DNA of 64,000 nucleotides from Camelus dromedarius (taxonomy: Eukaryota), in NCBI RefSeq assembly GCF_036321535.1, contig NC_087436.1, forward strand, positions 101,930,001 through 101,994,000. The letters are read 5' to 3'. The first letter of the stretch is position 1, and every line of letters starts with the position of its first letter. Positions 28,015 to 40,622 of the stretch are shown here, in pieces. The notes beneath the pieces were generated by a model that saw only the letters and a program-made list of their open reading frames with translations, was not told the DNA's origin and made no database searches. The position numbers and the translations under genes were made by a program.

Positions 28015-28276
28015 TAGGACCAATTTTCTTCACTTGTTTTAGAATCTCTCTCTATCTCTCTGTCTCTTATTTTTTTCCTGAGATCTCAGATTTTGTGACT
28101 AATTCTCTTTTACCAGATACTTTTGGGGCTCTGTCTAATATTAGGTCTTATAATGGCATCTTCGAATGTCTAACAATTATATTAGGGAAACAGAGCTATA
28201 GTAACAAAATCTTGGTTCAAATTTTAGTCTCTGATTTATACCTGTGTTTTCTGCTTCCTTTCATATATAAAATTCA

Positions 28277-28393
28277 GGGGAGAGGGTATAGCTCAGTGGT
28301 AGATATGTGCCTAACATGCACAAGGTCCTGGGTTCACTCTCTAGTACTTCTACTAAAATAAATAAATAAAAACCTAATCACCTCCCCCTGGCC
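28277..28393 (+). mobile_element. tRNA-derived SINE, camelid vic-1-like
   Basis: GGGGAGAGGGTATAGCTCAGTGGTAG (A box), GGTCCTGGGTTCACTCTC (B box), then AAATAAATAAATAAAAACCTAATCACCTCCCCC. TSD ATATATAAAAT(T)CAG at 28263-28277 and 28397-28410. Confidence 0.88.
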
Positions 28394-28904
28394 TATATAT
28401 ATAAAATCAGTGTTTGTAGCAGCAGTTATTTTTATTAACTTCCTTATAAGAGCAGGAGGGTACCAAATCAAAATCCTAATCAGCAAAAGAAACTGAATAC
28501 CTTTCATCTCATTACCCATATGAGCCGAAACTCCAGTTTCCTTGGCTAAGTCTAAGTCAACAGGATACACACTTTCACCCAGGCTCAACATTCTGTGTGT
28601 GTTTCTGCTGTTGTTGTTATACTTCTTTTGTTCCTAAAGCTATGACCTTTCATTATTTTTTGTTATAGTGTCTCATTGTTTTATGTCTCATTGCTATGTG
28701 TTCAGAACCAAGGAAAGGCTTCAAAGCATGAACTTCAATAACATCTTGACTGAAATAATATTAAGGGTGTTGATAACAGTAAGCTGTGAGGTTGGGAATA
28801 AAACATTTTAATTAATTGAGATCTTTTAGTTGAAGAGATGAGGTAGGAAGCATTTTCTTTGTTACCTTATGGTCCTGAAAATGCAGTTCAGCTTGAAAAT
28901 TAGT

Positions 28905-29251
28905 GGACCAAATTTAGCTTGGAGGAAACTAACAAGAAGAACAGAGTAGCTAATACTTCCCTAACAATCTCCTTTTGTACTGTGTCCAATAGGTCACCCT
29001 CCTTTTCTATTTTAATACTTGCCAACTTTTTTAGAGCTGGGTAATGAGTTTGCCAATTGCTGTTGCGGATTTGAAGATGTGATCGCTGATCATCCCAGGG
29101 AAGGCTACTCCTTTGTCTTTGTTCCGTGAATTGCATTGAACTTCCATCAGATCATGCACTCTTGGCCTCTGCTGAAATCAGCTGGATTTGAACTGGCCAC
29201 TTGGAAACACTTGGGTTCTAATTATCAAAGATCTTTGCCATTCTGTTCCTC
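28905..29251 (-). mobile_element. Probable LF-SINE relic
   Basis: Minus strand shows a tRNA-like head with B box AGTTCAAATCCAGC, then ATCTGATGGAAGTTC, CACATCTTCAAATCC, CAATTGGCA and GTTGGCA, colinear with the recalled LF-SINE consensus. 29015-29251 is best supported. Confidence 0.62.
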
Positions 29252-30199
29252 AGAGACTTAATTTTCTTACTTTACCTTCACTCCTGTCATTTTATAATCA
29301 CTGTTCTAGCACTAAACCACATTAAAAAAAAAAAAACAACTTTTTACTCTTCAGAAGTCAGAAATTGAAGCAAAAAAGTAAATTCACCTTTTTTCCCTCT
29401 TACTTGATCTTTCTGAAAATTCCTGAAGTTTTATGTATGCATGATTTAATTAAGATATCTATCTACCCATCATCTGTCTGTTTATTCCATTTACATTGTT
29501 GCTTTATCGTTAAGCAAAGGGAATATAATATGTTGCAATATACTTGGAATAGGCAAACTCACTAGGTTGATTAGCACGAACATAAAATATTAATTAAATT
29601 AGTTACAGCAGTCACACTGTAGTCAGAGACTAACTCGGATGTGTATCACTCTATTGTTGATGAAAGTCAGCCCCGAATCTTATTATAACGTGTTTTGATC
29701 TCGGCTTAAGCACTAAGCAAACTTTTCTCGTTGTCTAAAGGAATCTTAAGATTTAGAAACAAAGCAAGGTAAAATATACTCTACATTAAATAAACATATG
29801 AATCTTGGATCTCACTACTCTTGAATAATTAATGTCAATTCATAGCTATCCAACTTGAGATAAGAATGAGCTTTTGTCACATTTCTTGAAGAAACAGAGC
29901 CATCTCAGGCTTTCAGAGTGAAGGATAGACGTGACAATAACAGATCGTGTGGAGGGGGCTCTCCCAGATATGAGTGCCTCTGAGCATGCCACTTAGTAGA
30001 GATTAGAGGGGGAAAAATTTAAAAAGGAAAAAAGAAAGAAAAAGAATAAAAGAAAGCATGTTGGGCATTCTTGGGAGAAGCCTGGTATCCCCTTATACAT
30101 TGACCTTACTACAACACAAATGTTATCTGATATTGGTTTTAATTTCCACCCTCAGGATTATTGCCCAATACAGCCAAATTCATATGTATGTTTCAGTTT

Positions 30200-30325
30200 A
30201 TAGTGTAATATCTGGAAAGAAAAAGCTGTTGCGTTTCTTTAGTTGTTCAATCTGCCATGTTGAACATTATGACCGGCTAAAAGGAGGTGATGAATATATA
30301 TCAGTTAAATGCTTGAATGAATGAC
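30200..30325 (+). mobile_element. MIR SINE 3' fragment
   Basis: TTTCTTTAGTTGTTCAATCTG...GATGAATATATATCAGTTAAATGCTT. Degraded. Confidence 0.4.
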
Positions 30326-32689
30326 TAGATTATCAAGCTATATAACAATTTTTTTTTAAATTCTACCCTCTTAAGTCACTTTTGTGCATTCGCATTTTGG
30401 TAAAATAAAACAATAGTATGTACCCTCCTAAAATACTGTCTTGCCATTATATGATTACTTTTAGCAGTGTGGTAAAACAGTTTTAAAGTTATTTTCAAAA
30501 GCTTTGGTAGTGACCAGACATTTTCTTGGTTTTTCTGTAATCTCCTTAAAGTCAAAAGTATTCATCTCTCCATTTGGTGTTCAGTAAATGGTTAGTTCTC
30601 AATAAATTTGATTTGTATAAATTAACACAGGATATACACAGTCAACAAAGCCTCAAAAATATTTTTTGAACAGCAGCTGTTTCTTAGTATTTTTATTTTA
30701 TTTTATGCTGAATATTTCTATCTTGGATTATTCTGCACAGTGGTTAAACTCAGGGAGTTTATTCTTTGCAAACTTGTATACCCTAACACCACACTTCTGT
30801 CTTTGAACTTAGGTGCTGCTAATAAATGCTTGAAAAAGAGAAAGAATGACTAGTGAGACATATTTCCCTATAAGGATCTCTTATCAACTCTGTAGTTGTA
30901 TCAACATCATTGTGGTACATAGTTTATGAAATATTTCTGATTGTGTATGCTTGCTTCATAGAAATTTATAAAAAAAATAAATCAGCTCAAACTTCCTTAT
31001 AATGATTTTCTAGTGAGATTCAGGCCATCTAAAGAATTTCACAGGAATCTTCAAACGTCTACGATGGTGAAACACTAGATTATCGCTAGTTAATTGTTGA
31101 CTATTATAGCATATCAAATTGTTATCAGAATCACTAACAGGCAGGATTATATTTATTGCTACTTTTACACTTTATAGTGCTTTGAGCCACTTTATAAAAT
31201 CATCATGCACTGTTCATTTGTGCCACACTTTTAGGAACTTGAGTTTAATTTTATTATTTTACAAAATTTTAGACATTTGTAGCTATAAATTTATTTTAGT
31301 ACTATTTTGTTATAAGCCTTGTACATAATTAAAAAAAAAATTATCCCTACAGAAATCCTCTACCTGGATTTCAAATTGTGGAGAGCAGTTAGGCTTTAAA
31401 ACGTGTAAAAGGACAGATGCAGTGTAAGGGATAATAGAGCAGGTATGAACCACACTTAACTCAAAATGAACACAACTTCAAAGAAGGCTGTTTTGGGCCC
31501 AACCTGCACTCTAACCAAGACAAGGCAGAGTCTGCTTAAATCAGAGACAGAGGAGTAAAGTACTTGAGTGAGTTATTTCAGTCAAGCCCAACTGATTGAA
31601 TTAATGTGACAAATAAAAGTGAACTTCCTGAGGCTGCCAATAGTCAGATGGGAGAGAATGAAAGATTGTTCTGGGAAACTGCTAAGAGGGTTGCTGTAGT
31701 GGTGGTAACGACCAATTGTCTTTAATTGTAAGGTGAGTTGATTTACCTGGATAAATAGATTATGATCTGAACTGACAGGCTCAGATTTTTTCAACACTTG
31801 AATGCATTCTATTGAAGAGCATTGAAAATGTTTTCCAGAAACAGACACATTCAAAATAAAAATCTGCAGAGGGGAACTCATTTGGCATTAATCTAAATGG
31901 AAATTCTTAATTTAGCCATTTGTTATGGTAATGTTAATACAAGATAGTATAGGCTTAGATGATAATCTTTGAATGTTACTCAAATATGATGCATATAAGG
32001 AAGCAGTAATGATTATTTTGCACAAATAATTCATAATTCCCCAGGTTCCTGTTGCAATGTTAGTGATCATTAGATCCAAATTACATGAGTAATATCTATT
32101 TCTGCAAACATGCTAACAGGACACCTGGCCAGTCTCATATTCAGCCAGGATACGTCTGTGGGGCTGTATCAGCTGATGGTGACTGGCATCCATTCTGATT
32201 GGTTGATGTCTGGTTGATGTTGTCAACATTTGAAGTCACTCCTTCGCCACACAGTATTAGGGAGAGGTTGGATGCTCAAATGAGCTCAATGAAAGTTTTC
32301 AAAACTGTAGATATGTCAAAATCCAAGTTGAGGCTGAATGCATTTGGTCTGTGAAAGCATGTTACACCCACAGACTGTTTTTTGATTTTTGATATTTACT
32401 CCAGTCCTTCCCATTTAAAATAAAATATAACTTGACAGATTTATTTAAGAAAATTGTCTCTTTCAAGAGTCTTTATTTTAATCATTTGTATTTTCTCTTA
32501 TTTCCTCTTTTGTCAATGACATGGCTACTTTGGGATATTATATCTTTATTACTAATTGAATGTCATTTATTTAATAGGCAATATCACAAGAAGTATATTT
32601 TAATCAGTCCTCATTAACTGAATTAACAATAAAGTTTGACTTTCACAATACTCTGTACGAGAAATAGTCTATTTCATTTGTTTTTTAAC

Positions 32690-33130
32690 ATTTCCTTTGA
32701 AAAATAATAACTTCTAAAAGAGGAAAAATCTAATGTGTAAAACTCAGTTAATTTCTACAAAGTAACCATGCCCACAGAACAAACATTCAGATTAAGATGC
32801 AAAATATAAGTAACATTTCAGAAGCCCCACCCCTGTGTTCCATCCCAGTTATTACACACACTGTAAATGTATAGACTATTCTGATTTCTATCACCACCAT
32901 TGGTTCATTTCACTTGTTCATGAACATTCCATAGATGGTACATTCCTTTCCTCATTATGTCACTCAACCATTCGTCTATGATACTCATCACTATTAATGC
33001 TAATAATTAAAGTAGTTTGTTCTATTTCATTGCTGGGGACTGTTCTGCTACATACACACATAGTATTTTATTTATCCCTCCTGCTATTGATGTATATTTG
33101 AGCTATTCCCAGTTTTATAAGTAATGCTGA
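32690..33130 (-). mobile_element. Old LINE-1 (L1ME-like) 3' fragment
   Basis: TGTGTAAAACTCAGTTAATTTCTACAAAG...ACTATTCTGATTTCTATCACCA...GTATATTTGAGCTATTCCCAGTTTT. Confidence 0.65.
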
Positions 33131-33944
33131 TTAGATTGTTGTGGTTGGTGTTGTACCTTAGCAGCAGTTCCCTGGTTTGTTGGTTGGTTGGTTTGTTTGT
33201 TTGTTTCTTTCTTTCTTTCTCTTTCTTTTTTTTCTTTTCCTTGACAATGTCTTACCCTGGAAATGTGCACATTGCAAACATTCAAACCCTCAAATCACTC
33301 AAAAGGAAGTTAAGTACTAAATATCAGGTGTGCTTTTCTCAAATTCCCTTTATCTGGGATGTTTGCTCTGAAATCCTATCTTCCTTGGTGACCCTGTATA
33401 CAATTTTTGCCTCCCTATCCCAGTGAGATTATAATGAAGTTTAGACTCTTGGTTTGCATTAAGTCTTACAGCATCTTGCACTCTATGCCTGAAACAGAGA
33501 AAAAACAAATGCCCAGTGGTGAAAAAATTCTGGGATAGTTCACAGCTTTGATATCTCTGTTTTAATATTGCATTTCAAAGTGAATCTCCTAATTTAAAAG
33601 TGAATCTCCTTAATTCTAATACTGCATTTCAAAATGAATCTGAAAAATTCTAATTCTGCTGAATTCTAATTTACATAACTTTCTTTTCTGCAAAAAACGT
33701 TAATTATAGTTGGGTTGTTGTCACTATTTTCAATCATCATGGATGTCATGAGATTTCAATATTAAAATAGCAGCTCTACTCATTCCATATAAATCCATTG
33801 TGTCAATGTTAGTCACTCCATATCCTCTGAAAAGTGAGCTCTGTAATAGGAAAATCACACCAAGAAGACATGTCATAATATTTTAATCAATTCTTCAAAA
33901 AGATATTGAAAACCTAATTCCACTGAAAGGAGACCTCTATCTTT

Positions 33945-34300
33945 TAAATTTTTATTTTGAAATAACTTCAAATTTACAGAAAAATTTCAGACACAAAATA
34001 GAGATCCTCTATGTATCTTTTATACAGATTCTCCACATGCTAGCATTTTATTGTGTTTGCTTTACTGTTTCTTGCAGATATTATTATTTTTTGAGTCATT
34101 TGAAAGTTATGTATATGACACTAATTAACATCTAAGTACTTCAATATATTTCCCTTAAAAACCAGGGTATTCTTAGGGTGATTTATTTATTTGTTTGTTT
34201 TTGTCAATATGGATGTGTGACTTATTATATTCTATGAGTTATAACTGATTACAACGCTCATTTTCATACACTAGTCCTTGTTACGCCATCTTGGCATTGT
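33945..34300 (-). mobile_element. Old LINE-1 (L1MC/L1MD-like) 3' end
   Basis: TTTTTATTTTGAAATAACTTCAAATTTACAGAAAAATT...AAAACCAGGGTATTCTT. Confidence 0.65.
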
Positions 34301-34472
34301 TAAAGTTGGTTTGTTAATATTTTATTTAATGCTTTTGCCTTTAATTCAGAAATCATGTTATCGTGTCTTTTGCCTTTTTTCTACTTTTTTTTTTTATCAT
34401 AGTAACATGCCAAGATAGTACTTGCTTCATGAAAATAATCTTTGAAAAATTTTCCTCAGTTTTGAGTATTCT

Positions 34473-34956
34473 TGTATTAGCAGGGTTCTCTAGAGCAACA
34501 GAACTGGTAGGGTATATACATACAGAGAGGAAGGTTTGTAGTAAAGATCTGATTCAACTGATCATGGATGCTGACGAGTCCCAAGATCAGCAGGGTGAGT
34601 CAACCAGCCAGAGACCCAGGAGAGCTGACGGTGTAATTGCAGTCCGAAGGCTGGCAGCTCCAGATGAAGTAAAACCTGATGTTTCAGCAGGAAAATTGCC
34701 AGTGTTCCAGTTCAAGAGCTGGCAGGAAAGAAAAATTATCTTATTTAGGGAGGGCCAGCATTTTTGTTCTATTTAGGCCTTCACCTGTGGAATGAGGTCG
34801 TCCCACAGTGGGGAGGGCAACCTGATTCACTGTATCTACCCAGTTAAATGTTCATCTCATCAAGAAATATCCTTATAGAAACACCCAGAACCATTTTGAC
34901 CGCATTTCTGACACTCCACAACCTAGTTAAGTTGACACATAAATATCCCCATCACA
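34473..34956 (-). mobile_element. ERVL solo LTR, MLT2-like
   Basis: Canonical MLT2 termini TGTATTAGCAGGGTTCTCTAGAG and AAGTTGACACATAAATATCCCCATCACA, with internal GAGACCCAGGAGAGCTGA. Confidence 0.88.
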
Positions 34957-36299
34957 GTTCCTAAAAAATTTGAGGCCTTTTAAAATTCCATTTTTAATCA
35001 TTTGACATGGTGATTTTTGTGGAATAGTTTGTTAAAAAGTTTTCCATTTTCACTATAGATATTTGTCTGTTGGAACTTTATATTTCTAATGAGGTAAACT
35101 AAATTTCCCTTGTATATATCTGAACACTTTTCCAAATAATTCAATTATAAACTAAAATATGTAGTTTCGATTATTATTTTGAAAGCTAGTAGTTTTAGTT
35201 CTCTTTTACTCAAGAGTTTTTAACAGTTTTTTAAACTCTATTTTTTCTGTTTCAATCTTTTGGTTGTTTTTCTTATTTTTTTTATAATATTCACTGTTAA
35301 GTTTTTTATTTTCCTCTAATCTATTCTTCCTCAGACACTTTTTAACCAAGTCTTCATTTTTTATGATTTTCTTTTTGAATCTATTTATTTAATAAATTCA
35401 GTTAATTCTAATTTTATTTCTAACTTTAGTCAATTTCTGTTTTTAGGATTTTTAAAATTTTTAATGTTTTATTATATCAACAGAGTCCTGTGTGAGTATA
35501 ATTTGAAGGTGAACAGCCTCTTCTGTCAGTTTTATAAATTAGATTTCTTTACTAAGTTCCTTTTTTTTGGCAGCAGGAATGATAGGGGAGATACTGAATG
35601 TCTTTTGATTTGTTTATGTTCTTTTTAATTTTGGGGAAAATACTTATTTTTTTCTTTTTTATTTCTTGTCATAGTGCAATTTTTATGCTTTTGACTTCTT
35701 TTTTTGCCTTCTAGTTACAGTAGAGATACATGTTTAGTTCTGTTTTCTCTTCATTTTAACTTTTTTAAAAACATGACTTGGGAAATTTTGATTTAAATGG
35801 CCACCATTCCCCTCAAGAATCCTTTAAGAAAATGGACAAACAAAAAACAGTTAATTTGTTTTGTTTTTATTTGTTTTATTTTATTCTACTGAAAGTATCA
35901 TCTCATAACAAAAAAAATCCCACATCCCAGGAAGAAATTCTATCCTAATTCTGGAGGAAAGTAAAATACTAACATTTCTCTTATACCACTGTGGTCCATT
36001 TGCCAGATTGTATCTTTACTTTCACATGCTGGACATCAATGAATATATTCATAATTAAATTAAGAAAGAATAATGAACAGATGGAATATTTGCAGTAGGT
36101 CAGTGCAGGCTTTATATTAGGAAGTAAGGAAATCATAGACATTGTCAGCTTTCCAAATATTTTGTTAGAAATGATTGTACAGGAGCATATAGCTAACGAT
36201 GGAATTGAAGTTTTGAATTTTTACAATATTTTTCTAATATATCTTTATGTATAAATAAGCATATATGTTTCTACATAAAAGAAGGAGTCACTTTGAGGC

Positions 36300-36720
36300 A
36301 GTTCGTACCCAGAGGAAACACATAGAAATTCACTTTATAAAAGGCATGTACAAATTATGGAAGAATCAATAGTTTTCAAAGATAAATGCAAAAGAAATGG
36401 ACACAAAACAGAATAAACCATGGTGATGGTCCATTAAGAACTAGGATTGATGAAATGACTTTTTGACCCATTTTTGAAGTTAAAACAAAGATATGGTAAA
36501 TTGACATTGTAGACAAGATAGAAAAACATTATTAGGCGCACCCATTTAGTTATTCTGTTAGTTCTTTTTTTAATTCCACATCCATTGTGTTCAAGCGTTT
36601 TATTAAGCACTTGGATGGTAGTTTTCATTCTCACAAAGATCATCATAAACCCTATCAAAATTTGTTACACACTGCAGACATTTTTTTAAGTTAATTTGAA
36701 TGTATTGATAAATGGGTTAG
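36300..36720 (+). mobile_element. CR1/L3 LINE RT-region relic
   Basis: TTGTAGACAAGATAGAAAAA and GTTCAAGCGTTTTATTAAGCACTTGGATG resemble recalled L3 RT motifs. Confidence 0.4.
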
Positions 36721-37739
36721 CTATGAATACAGAATACAGCACTTTGTTCTGAAATCACTAGATGGAAATGTGATTAAAGCTATTATATATATTTCAGTTG
36801 TTTAGTTCCCAAGCCTCGGTACTTTATTTCAGAGAAGTGTTTTTATTTTTTTCTATGTAGAGATCTTAAAAAAAAGTAAAATAGCGTCTTCATGAGCACT
36901 TTTGTTTTGTTTATGGTAAGTCTTGTTTTTATCATATGCATAAAGAAATTTCTCCATGAATCTTTACATGTGACTCTAATTCAGGCATTAAATCTACATG
37001 TAGTAATATTTCATCATAGAAATTGATAGAATATAACATTATAAATTATATTTATGCTTACCATGGTTAATTCTGATTGAAGGGCAAAAAAATGTATAAA
37101 TTTACCATATAAGTAACATTTGGACACTTTAAAAAATCTCATGATTTATATTTCCATAGGTAATCTGAAATTTTAATAGAGTTTTTCAACTGAAGTAATT
37201 ATTTTTCAGTTTTATTTAAAAATATCACCAAATATCTACAGAGGTTTTGATTTCCAAAAACTATCATGATTGAAATTCAGCTTGATTTCTTTTAGCGGGA
37301 TTTTTTTTTCCCTTTCCTGTTCTTTTTTTTTTTTTTTTTAATACTAGGTGAAGACTGAAAAAAGAACAGCTCCTCAGATTAACAAAAGAGTTAAGCATTC
37401 ATGGGATGAATTTGCATTTTTAGAAGAGTTATTTCTTGATATATTCTCTGCCATGTAATAAGAGAGAAATACCTAAGGGGACTTAAATATTCATGGATTA
37501 TAATTTGCTACATACTAGTTACTTGCTTTTGCAGGACAGTAAAACTAATTTGCCCCTTCTTCAGTAATTATAGTCTCTTGCTATTCATTGTAAAATTCTC
37601 TCTTGATCCAAAAGTACAAATCAGCAACCACACATTTTCTTACTCAAAAATCTTTTTTATCCTTAACATCATGAGAAAATTATATTAGGATATTATGTGT
37701 TTGTATATCTTTCTATAGAGAATAATTGGAGAATATTTT

Positions 37740-37840
37740 TTAAAGAGAAAATCATCTTTCTGGGTGGCTGTAATACAGCCCTGACTGGAGGCAAGCGATG
37801 GAAACAAGAGTCTGTTGGCATTTCTTTGACCTCTATGATC
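37740..37840 (+). mobile_element. CR1/L3 3' terminal relic
   Basis: CAGCCCTGACTGGAGGCAAGCGATGGA...CTCTATGATC resembles the CR1 3' tail. Confidence 0.45.
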
Positions 37841-39084
37841 AGAACGGCTGCCTAAAGGGTCTTGATTTTTTTTCACGCATTTTTGTAATTGCATGTGACT
37901 TTGATACAAAGTATAACTATGCTCAAAGGCCAAGCTTCATTTGAGGAAAATTATAGACTTGTACTGCTGACTGCATAGAGACTGAGTTCATAAACGCACT
38001 TCAGCAAATTCTTTTTAAGTGGGGCATTTTTGATATGGTCCCTGAGGGTATTGGACTCTTCTACCAGGTAAAAATATATGTCAGGAGGCTCTGAAATAAG
38101 CCTACTTCTGCAGTTGTTAAAATTTGAATGAGAGTTGAAATGAGATGAACATAGTAATAGAGAAATAGAAAAGTTGGGAAAGAACTAGCTTCCCTGGCGA
38201 TTCCATATTGACTTTTCACATGACTTAAAAATCGGATGGGTCTGCAATTATAATAAAGGGCCGTTAGGGACAAAACTCCCCTGTCCTAGCAGGGTTTGTG
38301 TTTTGATGGATTTAACTGGGACAACTTCTAAATACTATGTGAAACTAGGTTGAAACTAATGGGTATTAGCCATACTTATTTTAGTTTTAATACACTTTTA
38401 TGCTTTTTTCCAGGGGTAGCAGAAGCCAGAGCTTGTCAAAATACTTCACAGCAGTGTTAGACTATCTCAGAGTTATAGTTTTATCAGTTGTATTTCCGAA
38501 TTCCCTCATTATGTCAAGATGTTAAAAAAATCAATAATGAAAGAATATATGCAAAGTAAAGCAGATTTCTGTAGATTTGATATCAGGCATTTCAAAAATG
38601 TCTTTTTGCTTTTATTAGAGGAATTTATGTAGCTCATTTAATTCAACACAGAAATATAATAAAAATAGAATGATTCTCTCAAATCATATGTCAGAATTAA
38701 AGAGCACCTTTAAATAATAAAGTCAGAATTATAGATGACATTAGAAGTCTGTTTACTGGAGGGTAGGTAATTTATGGTAACAACAATGTGCTTTCACATT
38801 GTTACATGTTGTCTGTCTGAAATTATGGAATTGATTGATTCCATTGTTGCCATTTTAGCTCATGAATTTTTTTTTCAACATTTTATCTGCATTATGAATA
38901 GAGAGAGAGAGAGAGAGATATAAATGTATGTAAATGTATGTGTATACACACGTTTATACACATTATCTCAAATTTTTTCTGAAGAGTGTTATTTACTTGC
39001 AACTGGTTTTTCATATTTCGTATTTTCTCTATTTTTGTGATATCTTTACACAGTCATCTACTTCCATCTTCATTATTCATCTTT

Positions 39085-39371
39085 TTTTAATCTATTTTTT
39101 TATTTGAAGTATAGTTGATTTGTAAAGTTTCAGGTGTACAGCTAAGTGATTCAGTCATACATATATACATATATATATATATAATTTTTCAGATTATTTT
39201 CCATTGCAGGTTATTACAAGATATTGAATACAGTTCCTTGTGCTATACAGTAGGTCTTTGTAGTTTATGTTCTATATATAGTAGTGTGTATCTTTCAATC
39301 CCAAATTCCTAATTTATCTTTTCCCTTCCATCTCCTTTGGTAACCGTAAGTGTGTTTCCTATGTCAGTGAC
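39085..39371 (-). mobile_element. 5'-truncated LINE-1 (3'UTR) with perfect 15-bp TSD
   Basis: Antisense of the 3'UTR type seen at 11330-11620. TSD TCATTATTCATCTTT at 39070-39084 and 39372-39386. Confidence 0.9.
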
Positions 39372-40622
39372 TCATTATTCATCTTTGAAACATGAGTCTT
39401 ATACAGATGGAATTGTGTGTAAGTTTAATTGGACAGCACTGTTCTCCACCTCAGAGCAATGTTCAACTGAAGAGTATTTACAATTTGAAGTCTTACTCTG
39501 GCACTATTGCCACAGAGGTAGGCAGCTTCCTGGAATTATAACTTGCCTGTGTAAATCTTCATTTAGGTCTGCCCTCTTGTTGTTCATAAACAAGGAGGCT
39601 GGGGAGCATCTGCTATGAATGTATGTTTCAATTCTTGCTTCCCCAAATAAGGCATTTAGGTTTTGTATCTCAGGCTGTACTCCTGACCATCAAGAAGTAT
39701 TTGTTTCTGGATATCTCTGACAGGACTAGCTTTGACACCGTCTAGTCTTCATCTCACATATAGTTGTTTTGGTTTCTACTGCTTTTTTTGTTTTTAATTT
39801 TTTCAGCCTTTCTTCCATCCTTTCCTTAAAAATATGGTATTTGGAATTTTAAGCCACTTGTAGTTTCATAAAAATAAATTTTATTTATTTAAAAATTTTT
39901 TCTTCTTGTTACCATGCAATTTACAGGAGAAAGGTAAAGTGCCAATTTAATACCATCATCCTAAAATGAGAAAAGATAATTTATACATTTTAAAGTATAG
40001 AGTTGAATTAAATTAGCTAATTTATATACATATAATATATATAATTAATATGTATGTCAGAAAAAGTTTTCATTGTAATGTCACATTCTCTGATAATAAC
40101 TCAGCAAAATTTGAAAGTAATGAAAATTTAAGAAGACACAAAAATACATGCAATCATAACAAAAATATCTTCTTAAATAAAACTGGATCAAAAGAAAAAG
40201 AAAAACTGGATCACTAGAAAAAAGCTGTAAATGAGATGTTTTTGGAACAGAGAGAAATAGACTATTTTGAATAAAATACCTAGAATAAGCATCTACCAAA
40301 TGTGTGCCAATCAAACTAGTTTAGAATAATTAACTGGGTTTCCAAGGCTGAGAAATTATATGAAGAAATAAAATGTGAAATTTTACTCGATTTCTTTTTT
40401 TAATTAAGCCATATGAAAAATAAAACAATATTGTCTCTTAATAAATCTGCTTGAAGTTATATTACTATGTTTTTTAAATATCAGCCTAAATTTCCACTGA
40501 ACCATATAAGCAGTGTTGGTGGCCTTTGCATGTCATCTGTGGATATGTGGAATCCTTTTGGACAAATGAGATTAGACCCATCTTCCTCACTATGTCTTTC
40601 TTTTTTTTTTTTTTTTTCATAA

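Noticed and set aside
27100..28023. 307-aa RT ORF as an active or novel reverse transcriptase gene
   Set aside because: It is ordinary L1 ORF2, 5'-truncated and frameshifted. The first three codons come from flanking DNA.
25771..28042. Plus-strand ORFs overlapping the L1
   Set aside because: They are antisense artefacts of A-rich L1 sequence.
28277..28350. tRNA gene
   Set aside because: It has a degenerate cloverleaf, a SINE-specific tail and a TSD, so it is a SINE.
31620..31738. Possible exon ending at a strong AAG|GTGAGT donor
   Set aside because: No convincing acceptor, and the longest frame stops before the donor. Isolated donor motifs are common.
34363..34776. 137-aa ORF
   Set aside because: It runs antisense through the MLT2 LTR and has a non-ATG start.
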